NCBI GenBank assembly: GCA_965243205.1
Contig: CBDEUK010000002.1
Location: forward strand, 192,001 to 256,000
Reading direction: 5' to 3'
Origin: Gammaproteobacteria bacterium
GTDB taxonomy: Bacteria > Pseudomonadota > Gammaproteobacteria > Eutrophobiales > Eutrophobiaceae
DNA: 64,000 nt
The translations under genes were made by a program, and so were the position numbers. Below the pieces are notes generated by a model. It did no database searches and was not told the DNA's origin. It worked only from the letters and a program-made list of their open reading frames with translations. This document shows, piece by piece, positions 9,443 through 19,676 of the stretch (positions are counted from its first letter, which is position 1; each line of letters opens with the position of its first letter).

Positions 9443-10441
9443 ATGAGTGCAAATATGAATGAAGAATTTGATGGAATTGAAAATAACAAATTCCGTATCG
9501 GTTCTGTATCACGATTAACAGGTATACCGACGGATACCTTAAGAATTTGGGAACGCCGTTATCAAGTAGTAACGCCAGAAAGAAGTGAGTCCGGCACACG
9601 CTATTACAGTCACTCTGATATTACTCGCTTAGCTTTGATAAAAGAGCTAGTAGAAGAGGGCAATGCGATTAGTACTGTTGCTAATTTAAGCAAACAAGAA
9701 TTAGAACAACGTGTTAGTTTGATCAAATCCTCTACAAAATCGACTAATGTCGTTGAAATGGCGAAATCGTGTAAGTTGATTGTTTGTGGTGATGCCCTAC
9801 CATTGTTCATGCGTAATACTCACGAAGACTTCCCTGAGATTGAAGTGGTTGCTGAGTATAAAAATCCTTTTCAAGCAGAAGCAGAATTACCAGATATAGA
9901 TGCTGATGTATTATTGATGGAATTTCCCGCTTTTCAAGATCAAGACATTGGTCCTTTGCAAACTATCTTAAAACGTCATCCTAATCTTTATCCGATTTTA
10001 GTATATGGTTTTGCAACGCGATCAACTATCGAACTTTTAAATAAATTGCATATTAGTACTATTCGCGCGCCTTTAGATGTTTTTAGATTGAGAAGTGAAT
10101 GCCAGAAAGCATTAAATAACTCGAATTCAACATTTGCCGTTTCACAAATGGAGAGCGAAGAATTAAATGTAATACCGAAAAGGCGGTTTACTCAAGAACA
10201 GATAATGAATTTAATGAATAAACCTCAGCCGAATTCAGTAAATTGTGAATGCCCGAAGCACCATGGTGACATTTTATATAATCTATATGCTTTTGAAGAT
10301 TATACGGTTGGTTGTCAGACAAATAATTCTGACGAAGCGGCCTTACATTGTTATATACACGACTGCACCGTTAAAGCACGTTATATGATGGAACAAGCGT
10401 TAACGAAGTTAATCGAAATAGACAACTTAGATATTAATTAA
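9443..10441 (+). CDS. MerR-family transcriptional regulator (CarH/MlrA-type HTH) with Cys/His-rich C-terminal domain
   Basis: [24 protein letters not shown]...GTRYYS; C-terminal CECPKHH...GC...LHCYIHDC. Confidence 0.88.
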   Translation: MSANMNEEFDGIENNKFRIGSVSRLTGIPTDTLRIWERRYQVVTPERSESGTRYYSHSDITRLALIKELVEEGNAISTVANLSKQELEQRVSLIKSSTKSTNVVEMAKSCKLIVCGDALPLFMRNTHEDFPEIEVVAEYKNPFQAEAELPDIDADVLLMEFPAFQDQDIGPLQTILKRHPNLYPILVYGFATRSTIELLNKLHISTIRAPLDVFRLRSECQKALNNSNSTFAVSQMESEELNVIPKRRFTQEQIMNLMNKPQPNSVNCECPKHHGDILYNLYAFEDYTVGCQTNNSDEAALHCYIHDCTVKARYMMEQALTKLIEIDNLDIN

Positions 10442-10449
10442 CTAAAACA

Positions 10450-11097
10450 ATGTTGAGTAAATTAGAAGCCTTATTAAACAAACAGTATAAAATGCCAACA
10501 GAGACAGAAGCTTTGCCTGGTAGAAATGAAGAGTTATCGATTAACAATGTTCATTTCGTAAATGGCAATGTCATAAAGCCACCATTCGATAGTTCATTAG
10601 AATGCATTGTGTTGGCCTTAGGATGTTTTTGGGGTGCTGAAAGACGTTTTTGGCAACAATCAGGTGTATATTCAACAGCGGTTGGATACATTGCTGGCTA
10701 TACGCCTAACCCTACGTATGAAGAAGTGTGTACAGGTAGAACAGGTCATACAGAGGCGGTATTGGTTGTTTATGATCCAAATGAAATAAACTTCGAAACT
10801 ATTTTAACTGTGTTTTGGGAAAGTCATGACCCTACTCAAGGTATGCGTCAAGGTAATGATGCAGGCACGCAATACCGTTCGGGGATATATTATTTTAATG
10901 AAGAACAAAAGTATTTAGCTGAACGTTCCATGACGGAATATCAGCAAAAGCTCATCAATGCGGGTTATCCAAAAATAACGACAGAAATTAAACCTGCTAA
11001 TAAATTTTATTATGCAGAAGAGTACCATCAACAGTATTTAGCAAAGAATCCAAATGGATATTGTGGCCTAGGCGGTACGGGTGTTAGTTGTAAATAA
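10450..11097 (+). CDS. msrA: Peptide-methionine (S)-S-oxide reductase
   Basis: [54 protein letters not shown]. Confidence 0.97.
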   Translation: MLSKLEALLNKQYKMPTETEALPGRNEELSINNVHFVNGNVIKPPFDSSLECIVLALGCFWGAERRFWQQSGVYSTAVGYIAGYTPNPTYEEVCTGRTGHTEAVLVVYDPNEINFETILTVFWESHDPTQGMRQGNDAGTQYRSGIYYFNEEQKYLAERSMTEYQQKLINAGYPKITTEIKPANKFYYAEEYHQQYLAKNPNGYCGLGGTGVSCK

Positions 11098-11105
11098 AGA
11101 CTCGA

Positions 11106-11127
11106 TAAGCCAAGGAATCTTGGCTTA
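11106..11127. terminator. Hairpin between convergent msrA and small ORF
   Basis: TAAGCCAAG-GAAT-CTTGGCTTA perfect 9-bp stem; weak U-tract. Confidence 0.55.
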
Positions 11128-11145
11128 ACTATAAAATATATTAAT

Positions 11146-11331
11146 TTATATATCTGTTTGGTTGTTATTTACATGAACAACAGATGCATGTAGTACACCG
11201 ACAGAATCACTATCTTCATTAGTATGTAATTCTCTTTTCAATGTATCGAATTTTACAACTTCATCATCATATGAGTTTGATGAATAAATACTACCGTTTT
11301 GGCTTCTAAATTGATTTTGTAGGTCTTTCAT
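11146..11331 (-). CDS. Small hypothetical protein (61 aa)
   Basis: SD-like AAGGGG upstream of the ATG; 23 bp downstream of the PilZ-like gene. Confidence 0.5.
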   Translation of the reverse strand: MKDLQNQFRSQNGSIYSSNSYDDEVVKFDTLKRELHTNEDSDSVGVLHASVVHVNNNQTDI

Positions 11332-11354
11332 ATATTTTCCCCTTACTTAACTGA

Positions 11355-11852
11355 CTAGATACTTGGAAAAACATTGTGCAAAAAATCTGACCATTTTTTA
11401 TCGCTAATAAAAGAATCATTATTTGCATGTTTCTCTCTTATATAATTTTCTAAATGACAATATTGTTGTAGAGCACGTAATCGCTTTACTGCTTCAACGT
11501 CATTTAGCCAAACGCCTATTAAAAACTGATTTTCTAAGTTCTCGATCAATACGACATCACCATAAAAACAATGTTCCCTGTCTTTTATAGTTATACAAAT
11601 TTGTAATCTTTCGTTAAGAAAAAAACTCTTATTGGAATAAAAACGAATCCCCAAACCTAAACAAGGTTTGTAGTTATTCATATCTAAAATTTTATTAGTT
11701 TTACTTTTTGCCTTAAGCGGAATACTTGGTGGGTGGTCTATAAATCCTTTTTTGATATCTAATGAGAAATAGTAATTAGCGATGTCATCGATAGATAGGC
11801 CGTCAAATTCTTTATCAATAAACATAGAATTTTCAGTGAAATCTATTCTCAT
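11355..11852 (-). CDS. PilZ-domain-like protein
   Basis: FIDHPPSIPL...GLGIRFYS...GDVV...FLIGVWL...QQYCHLENY resembles the stand-alone PilZ family (RxxxRHP...EQxCHIE); c-di-GMP motifs look degenerate. Confidence 0.6.
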   Translation of the reverse strand: MRIDFTENSMFIDKEFDGLSIDDIANYYFSLDIKKGFIDHPPSIPLKAKSKTNKILDMNNYKPCLGLGIRFYSNKSFFLNERLQICITIKDREHCFYGDVVLIENLENQFLIGVWLNDVEAVKRLRALQQYCHLENYIREKHANNDSFISDKKWSDFLHNVFPSI

Positions 11853-12120
11853 ACATTAAACCTTAGATGTAAATTAAAACTATAATAAAATCAATTATTT
11901 AATATATTTAATTAATTTAAAATATTATATGTAATAATTAAAAAAATATCAATAACATATTGATATTAAATAATTTATTTGAATAAATTGGAAAAAAAGA
12001 ATTAGTGTAAAAGATTAACTGTTAATCAAACGATTAACGAATTACTATAAAAATCAGTCAATTATGATTTTATAGAATAATTAAGATTAAAATTTTTTAG
12101 AGAACCTAAGGTATTGAATA

Positions 12121-12597
12121 ATGAAATTGGCGTTTATTAGTTTAATCATTTTAATCATCGTTCTGTGTGGGTATTTTTTTATGCCGCAAGGTAATGATGA
12201 GTTAGAAATAGAAATTTCAAACATAAAACAAGATATCGCTGTCGTAGAAGCTAAGAGTGCATCAGATAAGTCATCAGCAGATGAATCAGAAAGTGAAGAT
12301 TTATCGTATCAACAAAAAGTAGATACCTACCAGCAGTTAGAAAAATCCAGACGTAATTTGGATCGGGTAGTTGCTCGGATCAAAGCCTTGTCATGGAAGA
12401 AAAATTTACCGAGAGAAAAGGCCGAAGCTATAAATAAAGAATTACTCAATGCTCATGGTTTATTGAAAAATAAAAAATTATTAGGAGCCTTTAAAGATCT
12501 TGAGGCAATTCAAGACGAATTAAATAAGGTGCAATATTCACACGGTCAGATAAGTGATTATGTTAAATATATCAAGAGTTTAAAAGATACTAAATAA
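12121..12597 (+). CDS. Hypothetical membrane-anchored coiled-coil protein
   Basis: N-terminal hydrophobic helix followed by a charged helical region. Confidence 0.7.
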   Translation: MKLAFISLIILIIVLCGYFFMPQGNDELEIEISNIKQDIAVVEAKSASDKSSADESESEDLSYQQKVDTYQQLEKSRRNLDRVVARIKALSWKKNLPREKAEAINKELLNAHGLLKNKKLLGAFKDLEAIQDELNKVQYSHGQISDYVKYIKSLKDTK

Positions 12598-12697
12598 CAT
12601 AACATAAACAACTGTAACGTATATTGAACAGACGTCATAAAACTCGGTCTGATATAATCTGTTTTTTAATGAATTGTTATTTTTTTGGAGTTTTTGA

Positions 12698-13435
12698 ATG
12701 AAATTTTCAACTTTTGTATTACCGCTTCTTTTGATAATCAGTATGCCAATTTCTGTATTGGCAGTTGATGATTCTGTGAAAGAAAAAATAATATCAGGCT
12801 TACAAAAAGTCGATCCGGATTTAGTACCAGATAAAATATCAGCATCTGAAATTCCAGGTCTCTACGAAGTTATAATGGGTGCTGAAGTGATTTATGCATC
12901 AGAAGATGGTAATTACATTTTACAGGGTGAGTTATTTGAACTGCAGGAGGCAGGGAAAGTGTTAAGTATTACTGAAGAAACTGAAAAGAAACAACGTTCA
13001 ACAATATTAAAAACACTGACTGAAGATGATTATATCGAGTTTGCTGCAGATGAAGTTAAACAAACGGTGTATGTTTTTACTGACATTACTTGTGGCTACT
13101 GTCGTAAACTTCATAATGATGTTCCTGAATTAAATGCGAATGGTATTTCAATTCGTTACTTAGCATACCCACGTGGAGGAATTGAAAGCACAGGGGCATT
13201 CGAATTAACCTCTGTATGGTGCGCTGAAGATAGAAATAAAGCCATGACAGAAGCAAAAGCTGGAAAGGCACAAAATTTTAATGAATGCGACAATCCGGTA
13301 GCAAAGGAATATAAACTAGGCATTTCATTTGGCGTTAATGGAACGCCAGCAATGTTTTTAGAAAATGGATATAGAGTACCTGGTTATTTGCCTCCTGCCA
13401 GATTACTGCAAATGATTCAGAAAGAATCATCTTGA
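12698..13435 (+). CDS. dsbC: Thiol:disulfide isomerase DsbC
   Basis: Signal peptide; VFTDITCGYCRKLH; YLAYPRGG; GVNGTPA. Confidence 0.95.
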   Translation: MKFSTFVLPLLLIISMPISVLAVDDSVKEKIISGLQKVDPDLVPDKISASEIPGLYEVIMGAEVIYASEDGNYILQGELFELQEAGKVLSITEETEKKQRSTILKTLTEDDYIEFAADEVKQTVYVFTDITCGYCRKLHNDVPELNANGISIRYLAYPRGGIESTGAFELTSVWCAEDRNKAMTEAKAGKAQNFNECDNPVAKEYKLGISFGVNGTPAMFLENGYRVPGYLPPARLLQMIQKESS

Positions 13436-14152
13436 TTACTTTATTATTTTTACGTCATTAATTATCGCGGTATACGTTTTACCTTCTTTGTCGACGTTTT
13501 CTACTTTGACAGGAAGGTAATCTTTATCGATAGCATACCAAATGGATACCGATTGTTTCGTATTCGATTTATGACGTTCTAGCTTTAATGTTCTTAATGC
13601 GCCAATAGCTGTTGATAATGTTTCTTCACCGATAGTTTTGAAAGAATAAGTTTTTAGTTCGCCACCATCTGCAATTTTAAAATCATTTATTGGAAGTTTC
13701 TGATTTAATCTTTGCATGATCACAACTTCATAAAGTAATTTATCATAAACTTCATCTTGTAAAGGCATATTCCATTTACTCTGGTTGGCTTCAGTAATGA
13801 TGGTTTTTTTATTGTGATCGAATTGAATATTAACTTCTCGTATCTTACCGTTTTTGTCACGATAATAATCGTATTCAATAGGTACAATTTTGTCATTTAT
13901 CATCTGCCATATTGATTCTTCTTTAACATCATTGGTATAAAATAGCGACACTAATCCAGTTGTTTTAGTTACCGAGCGAAAACGGTAATTTCCATTTTCT
14001 TTAAGTAAGGAGCGTTGAATTTCTCCTACCACAGAGCCTTCTCGCTTAAGAGTATATGTTGTATCAAACTCGTAAAAATAAAGAGGAGCCGGCCCTACTG
14101 CGAAGCAGATAGTTTGGGGGAAAAATAATAATAGGAATAAATACTTTTTCAT
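13436..14152 (-). CDS. DUF3108-like exported protein
   Basis: Signal peptide MKKYLFLLLFF (ATG 14152; ORF track extends to 14188); GEETLSTAIGALRTLK...IWYAIDKDYLPVK. Confidence 0.7.
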   Translation of the reverse strand: MKKYLFLLLFFPQTICFAVGPAPLYFYEFDTTYTLKREGSVVGEIQRSLLKENGNYRFRSVTKTTGLVSLFYTNDVKEESIWQMINDKIVPIEYDYYRDKNGKIREVNIQFDHNKKTIITEANQSKWNMPLQDEVYDKLLYEVVIMQRLNQKLPINDFKIADGGELKTYSFKTIGEETLSTAIGALRTLKLERHKSNTKQSVSIWYAIDKDYLPVKVENVDKEGKTYTAIINDVKIIK

Positions 14153-14231
14153 TAACAGATAAGACCTGCACTCTATGATATGATTCATTATCTAATATAC
14201 ACAACTAAAGTTAAAACAACATTTCATCGTT

Positions 14232-15497
14232 TTGAGAACACTCTATTCTTTTTTTTGGTATATCATTTTACCATTTGTTTTTTTAAGACTGCTCTTATTA
14301 AGTATTAAAAATAGAGCTTATCTTGATCGTTTTTGGCAGCGTTTTGGTTTGGTAGCAAAACGATCGATTGAAAATGAATGTATTTGGATACATGCGGTAT
14401 CGGTCGGAGAAGTGATGGCAACTCAGGCCATTGTTAATAAAATACGTATCGAGAGTCCAAACTATCAAATTATCCTGACGACAGGCACACCAACAGGCGC
14501 TGATACAGTAGATAAATTATATGGCCAATCAGTAAAACATTATTATCAACCTTATGATGTAGCTTTAATCATTAAGCGTTTTATAAAACAAGTTAGCCCT
14601 AAATTATTATTAGTAATGGAAACGGAGTTGTGGCCCAATCTTTTTCATTATTGCAAACTTGAATCGATACCTGTCTTATTAATTAATGCTCGATTATCTC
14701 AACGTTCGACCGAGCGCTATAAAAAGATTCCTCGTTTGACTTTCCCTATGTTTAAAAATGTAAAAGCGATTGCCGCTCAAACGGAGTTCGATAAACAAAA
14801 TCTAATTAACATAGGAGCTAATCCAAATATTATTACTGTGACTGGAAGTATTAAGTTTGATCTAGAGATAGATGAACAATTGAAAATTGCTACAGAGAAA
14901 TTTAAACAAGAACAATTAGCAGAAAGAAAAGTTTGGATAGCAGCAAGTACACATAGAGGTGAGGAAGCAATGATATTAGATATTCATTCATCATTGTGTA
15001 AACAATATCCAAATAGTTTATTGATTATTGTTCCTCGACATAGTGTACGAGCTGATGAAGTTGTTGAGCTATTAGCTAAACGCAATCTAAGTTATCAAGT
15101 TAGGAGTCAGTCAAACAATATTGATTCTAATGCTCAAGTCTTACTCGTGGATACCATGGGCGAATTATTATTATTTTATGGTGTTTCCGACGTTGCATTT
15201 ATAGGTGGAAGTTTAGTTCCTCATGGTGGACATAACCCGATTGAAGCTGCTGTTTTTTCTGTTCCTATACTAATCGGCCCACATGATTTTAACTTTTCTG
15301 AAATCGATTTGAATCTGATTAATAACAACGGAGCAATACGGGTAAATAATACTGAGGAGTTGCAATCTACATTAATAGGTATTTTCAATGATTCTAATAG
15401 GCAACATGAAATTGGTGAAAATGCACATCAGTATGTGCAACAATCACAAGGGAGTAGTCAAAAAGTTTGGAACGTAATCACGACTTTCCTAGACTAA
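14232..15497 (+). CDS. waaA: 3-deoxy-D-manno-octulosonic acid (Kdo) transferase
   Basis: IWIHAVSVGE, METELWPN, INARLS, TGSIKFD, AASTH.GEE, VPRH, DTMGEL, GGHNPIEAA. Confidence 0.97.
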   Translation: MRTLYSFFWYIILPFVFLRLLLLSIKNRAYLDRFWQRFGLVAKRSIENECIWIHAVSVGEVMATQAIVNKIRIESPNYQIILTTGTPTGADTVDKLYGQSVKHYYQPYDVALIIKRFIKQVSPKLLLVMETELWPNLFHYCKLESIPVLLINARLSQRSTERYKKIPRLTFPMFKNVKAIAAQTEFDKQNLINIGANPNIITVTGSIKFDLEIDEQLKIATEKFKQEQLAERKVWIAASTHRGEEAMILDIHSSLCKQYPNSLLIIVPRHSVRADEVVELLAKRNLSYQVRSQSNNIDSNAQVLLVDTMGELLLFYGVSDVAFIGGSLVPHGGHNPIEAAVFSVPILIGPHDFNFSEIDLNLINNNGAIRVNNTEELQSTLIGIFNDSNRQHEIGENAHQYVQQSQGSSQKVWNVITTFLD

Positions 15498-15625
15498 TGA
15501 ATTACTAGAGTAAGGAATATGTCCTAAGCATATTTTTTCTTAGATTGTTTCGACTGCAAATGAATCAATTATTTGTTAGGATTCAGTCATAATATATTTT
15601 CTTAATTTTCCTATTGGAGAAACTA

Positions 15626-16009
15626 ATGCAAAAAATAACATTAACTTTACTGCTAATGTTTGGCTTAACAGCAAACACTTCTGCAAAAAATCAATATCCA
15701 ACCGATGAAGTCGTACGTTATGTAGTTGGTTGCATGAGTGAGTTGGGAGGGCAATCTGAAGAGAATCTTTATACCTGTACTTGCCGTATTGACCATATTG
15801 CTGAAGCTCTTACCTACGAAGAGTACGATGGTGGTAATCTCATGGAACGAAATAAAAAAATGCCAGGTAAGAAAGGTGGTTTCTTCCGCGATAATGAATA
15901 CGGTGATGAGCTATACGATAATTTAAAAGCCGTACGAGAGGAAGCTTTTGCTCAATGTCCTACGGTAAGGCGAATTGAAACAAAACGGCCAGGTGCTGCA
16001 ACTGAGTAA
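15626..16009 (+). CDS. Exported four-Cys hypothetical protein of the type seen beside quinoprotein/SoxYZ-like genes
   Basis: GGAG SD and ATG 15626; signal peptide; YPT...YVVGCM...CTCRID...C. Confidence 0.7.
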   Translation: MQKITLTLLLMFGLTANTSAKNQYPTDEVVRYVVGCMSELGGQSEENLYTCTCRIDHIAEALTYEEYDGGNLMERNKKMPGKKGGFFRDNEYGDELYDNLKAVREEAFAQCPTVRRIETKRPGAATE

Positions 16010-16022
16010 AAACTCTTAAAAT

Positions 16023-16049
16023 AAAAAAGGGCCATTAAGGCCCTTTTTT
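16023..16049. terminator. Bidirectional rho-independent terminator
   Basis: AAAAAAGGGCC-ATTAA-GGCCCTTTTTT between convergent genes. Confidence 0.9.
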
Positions 16050-16070
16050 ATTAAGTATGTAATATAAAGT

Positions 16071-16922
16071 TTAAGATTTATCAACTTCATAAGTTTCAGA
16101 AAAAGCATTCTTCTTACTATCGGTTCCTTTCACAGTTATGGTACCTGCTTTATCCGGTATAAAATAAAATCGAAAAGCAGGATCCATACTTATAGAAAAA
16201 GTTAATTGTGCTTTCATAATGTTTTTACCATTAAAGTCGATTTCTAAATTATCGACAAAATGTGGTGGTGGCATAACACGTGAACCGATTCTTAATGGTT
16301 GCATACCTGTGATGCTTGGGTGTTTGATTTTTACTTGTACAAGATTAGGTTTACTGAATTCAAGATCACCAATAGTTTTAATTTTCATTTTACCTAAGTT
16401 AGCGAACGAATCATCGATGCTTTTTGGTGGTGGAGCTGAGCAAGCGCCGGAGGCACGTACAAAGCTCTTAGTCATATAAAGTTCACCGTTATTCATTTCT
16501 GCAATAGCGCGAACAAAAGTGAATTGATCAACACGAATTCGCATTGCTACATCAGCTTTGCCACTATCTGGTGTAAATTCAAAAATACCTACTAATGGAG
16601 TAGGGTTTTTATCAACGTATACATGTAATTTCTTTATGTATAAATCGGTTGTTTGATCTATTTTAGAATGAACTGAAACAGGAACAATAGCAGCATCTTC
16701 GGCACGGAACGGTGCTTTTAACTCAATAACGTTTTGGCCAGCACCTTCAATAATTTCTTTTTCACCAAACAATGCAGGCTTTAATTCTTCATTCCAGACT
16801 TTATCTGAAGCTTGTTGTCGAAAATCTGCAGGCATAACATCAGCAACGCTTACGAATGATGTTATTGACAATAGGGTACTAAAAACTACGATAGCGATAT
16901 GACTTTTAGTGATGTATTTCAT
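16071..16922 (-). CDS. Quinoprotein dehydrogenase-associated SoxYZ-like carrier (fused SoxY-SoxZ)
   Basis: Signal peptide; APFRAEDAAIVPV, VDKNPTP, RIRVD, ASGACSAPP, IKHPSITGMQ, SISMDPAFRF; divergent from xoxF. Confidence 0.9.
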   Translation of the reverse strand: MKYITKSHIAIVVFSTLLSITSFVSVADVMPADFRQQASDKVWNEELKPALFGEKEIIEGAGQNVIELKAPFRAEDAAIVPVSVHSKIDQTTDLYIKKLHVYVDKNPTPLVGIFEFTPDSGKADVAMRIRVDQFTFVRAIAEMNNGELYMTKSFVRASGACSAPPPKSIDDSFANLGKMKIKTIGDLEFSKPNLVQVKIKHPSITGMQPLRIGSRVMPPPHFVDNLEIDFNGKNIMKAQLTFSISMDPAFRFYFIPDKAGTITVKGTDSKKNAFSETYEVDKS

Positions 16923-17229
16923 AATAGTTTCCTAATAAATAAAAATTTATAACTTCATCAATATATAGATAGATTAAATATTTATTTGTTCAATATATAA
17001 GGATATTTCGATATGTCAATATAAAAACGATGTATGACCGTATAATTTTTATTAAGATTAAGTAATATCTTAGAGAGTCATTTATAGATATCATCTTATT
17101 GTATGTTCATGAATAGATTGAAGGCTCATGATATAGAATGAAAACAAGATAATTTATAAATGATCATGAAGTATGCCATATTGCGTTGCAATATTAGTCG
17201 TCTTGTACAATCAATTTATTTATTAAATA

Positions 17230-17272
17230 TTTAGGAAATTTTCTTGCTAATAAAATAAAAATTTCCTAAAAT
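17230..17272 (+). promoter_or_regulatory. Candidate sigma70 promoter of xoxF bracketed by a 13-bp inverted repeat
   Basis: TTGCTA (17244-49)-N17-TAAAAT (17267-72); TTTAGGAAATTTT (17230-42) and AAAATTTCCTAAA (17258-70). Confidence 0.55.
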
Positions 17273-17641
17273 TCCCAAACTTAGTATTTGAAGTGCTTAC
17301 GAAAAATAATAATACATATCTTAACTTACAAGAATGTTTTTTCGTAAATTTCCTGTAATAGGTTTGCGCAGAAATAAAACGAGAAACAACTGCCGAATGA
17401 AGATTGGTTTGTTAATCCTAAAATATAGACATATTAGATCTAACGCTTTTCAAACTAATAGCTTAGTGAACGCTACGGCTTTATTAAGCTTGTGCCAATT
17501 TTTCATTAGTCATTTCCAACGAATTCATCATATTTATAAAAGTTTTAAACGCTCTTCGGTGCTTTTTGATCTCGAGGTACCGACGGGTTTGTACTCTTTA
17601 CGAGATCAACACATGATCAACTAAATCTAGAGGAGGAGGTC

Positions 17642-19609
17642 ATGAGTAAATTAACTTTAAAATCAGCGATTATCGCTGCCGTTGCTCTAGCGGTTCCTAT
17701 GTCAGCATCAGCAAACGACGAAGTTCGTGCGTTGAGTGACAATCCGAACTACTGGGCATACCCTGGCGGTAACTACAACAACTGGCGTTATTCAGAGTTG
17801 AAACAAATCAACACTGGCAATGCTAGCAAAGTAGTTGCAGCTTGGACATTCTCAACAGGTCGTCTACAAGGTCACGAAGGTGGTCCATTGGTATTACCTA
17901 CCAGTGCTACTGGTTTACCTCATGACACCTTATACATCCATTCATCATTCCCGAATGATGTTTTCGCGATTAACTTAGACACTTTCGAAATCGTTTGGTC
18001 TTTCGAGCCACAACAAGACGAAGCTGAAACTGTTCCAGTTATGTGCTGCGACATTGTTAACCGTGGTTTAGGTTATTCAATGGGTCAAATCTACTTACAA
18101 CAAGCTGACACCAAATTAGTTGCTTTGAATGCTAAAACTGGTGAAGTAGTTTGGGACGTCTTCCAAGGTAGTGAGGTCGTTGGTGACCTTAACTCTAAAG
18201 AAGGTCGTGGCGTAAGCCCTGCAAGTGGTATGACCAACACCAACGCTCCACATCCTATTAAAGACAAAGTCTTCACAGGTTGTTCTGGTGCGGAATTCGG
18301 TGTTCGTTGCTGGATGGCTGCTTACAATGCGAAAGATGGTTCTTTAGCATGGCGCGCATTCTCAATGGGTCCTGATGAAGATATCCTTTTCGACGCTAAC
18401 ACCACATCTTTAGGTAAAAAAGTGGGTAAAAACTCATCTTTAAACACCTGGTGTGCAAACAGTGATTGGAAAGCTCCTGCGACTGGTCCTAACAAATGTA
18501 AGTCTCTAAGTGAGCAATGGAAATCAGGTGGTGGTTCTGTTTGGGGTTGGTGGCCTGCTGACTTCGATGAAAACCTAATGTATTACGGTTCAGGTAACCC
18601 ATCTACTTGGAACCCAGTTGTACGTCCGGGTGACAACAAATGGTCTATGACTATTTTTGCTCGTGACATCGACACAGGTGTTGCTCGTTGGGCTTATCAA
18701 ATGACTCCACATGATGAGTGGGATTATGACGGTATTAACGAAATGATCCTTGCTGACATGAAAGTTAAAGGCAAAATGCGTAAAGCATTAGTTCACTTTG
18801 ACCGTAATGGTTATGGTTACACCATGGACCGAGTTTCTGGTGAATTATTAGTTGCTGAGAAATACGACCCTGCGGTTAACTGGTCAACTCATATCGATAT
18901 GAAAACTGGTTACCCACAAACTTTAAATCAATATTCTACTCACTATAACGGTGAAGATGTTGTATCTAAAGACGTATGTCCTGCTGCTCTAGGTACCAAA
19001 GACCAACAACCTGCGGCTTATAGCCCACGTACAGGTCTTTTCTATGTTCCTACAAACCACGTTTGTATGACCTATGAGCCTGTATCTTATGCGGCTGGTG
19101 GTAACCAATACGTTGCTGGTCAAGCTTACGTTAACGCTAACTTAACCATGTATCCTGCTGGTGCTGTATGCCCAGATTGCCCTAACAATAACGCTGCTAA
19201 AGACAACATGGGTAACATGATTGCTTGGGATGCGGACAAAGGCAAAATCGTATGGTCTATTGCTGAGCAATGGTCTGTATGGTCTGGTGTTTTAGCAACC
19301 GCTGGTGACGTAGTTTACTACGGTACATTAGATTCATACGCTAAAGCAGTTGATGCGAAATCTGGTAAGCTTCTTTGGAAATTCAAAACTCCATCAGGCA
19401 TTATCGGTAACTTCAACACATGGGCACACAAAGGCAAACAATACGTTGGTATCCTTTCAGGTATCGGCGGTTGGGCTGGTGCTGTTGTTGCTATCCCAGG
19501 CTTAGCGGCTGCTCCAGGTGAAGCGGCTCTAGGTGCGGTTGGTGGTTATCGTAAACTATTGAACTCTGCTCGTAACAGTGGTGTTCTAATGGTTTTCTCA
19601 TTGCCATAA
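17642..19609 (+). CDS. xoxF: Lanthanide-dependent PQQ methanol dehydrogenase (XoxF-type)
   Basis: Signal peptide; GHEGGPL; vicinal MCCDIVNRG; GAEFGVR; RPGDNKWSM; DEWDYDG with the extra Ln-ligating Asp (MxaF has DYAG); strong AGGAGG SD; strong codon bias. Confidence 0.93.
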   Translation: MSKLTLKSAIIAAVALAVPMSASANDEVRALSDNPNYWAYPGGNYNNWRYSELKQINTGNASKVVAAWTFSTGRLQGHEGGPLVLPTSATGLPHDTLYIHSSFPNDVFAINLDTFEIVWSFEPQQDEAETVPVMCCDIVNRGLGYSMGQIYLQQADTKLVALNAKTGEVVWDVFQGSEVVGDLNSKEGRGVSPASGMTNTNAPHPIKDKVFTGCSGAEFGVRCWMAAYNAKDGSLAWRAFSMGPDEDILFDANTTSLGKKVGKNSSLNTWCANSDWKAPATGPNKCKSLSEQWKSGGGSVWGWWPADFDENLMYYGSGNPSTWNPVVRPGDNKWSMTIFARDIDTGVARWAYQMTPHDEWDYDGINEMILADMKVKGKMRKALVHFDRNGYGYTMDRVSGELLVAEKYDPAVNWSTHIDMKTGYPQTLNQYSTHYNGEDVVSKDVCPAALGTKDQQPAAYSPRTGLFYVPTNHVCMTYEPVSYAAGGNQYVAGQAYVNANLTMYPAGAVCPDCPNNNAAKDNMGNMIAWDADKGKIVWSIAEQWSVWSGVLATAGDVVYYGTLDSYAKAVDAKSGKLLWKFKTPSGIIGNFNTWAHKGKQYVGILSGIGGWAGAVVAIPGLAAAPGEAALGAVGGYRKLLNSARNSGVLMVFSLP

Positions 19610-19649
19610 GCAACATAGTTTAAGGAACTTAATGTTCCTATAAGACTAG

Positions 19650-19676
19650 AAACCCCGACTTCGGTCGGGGTTTTTT
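19650..19676 (+). terminator. Rho-independent terminator after xoxF
   Basis: AAACCCCGAC-TTCG-GTCGGGGTTTTTT with cUUCGg tetraloop. Confidence 0.93.

Noticed and set aside
11853-12120. Extremely AT-rich intergenic region as a replication origin
   Set aside because: No DnaA-box cluster and no oriC-typical neighbouring genes; consistent with a divergent promoter region
17334-17624. 96-aa ORF upstream of xoxF
   Set aside because: No SD, no recognisable motif, atypical composition; it overlaps RNA hairpins better explained as a 5' leader
17642-19609. Calcium-dependent MxaF
   Set aside because: Has DYDG rather than DYAG, and no mxaI or mxaACKL genes are nearby
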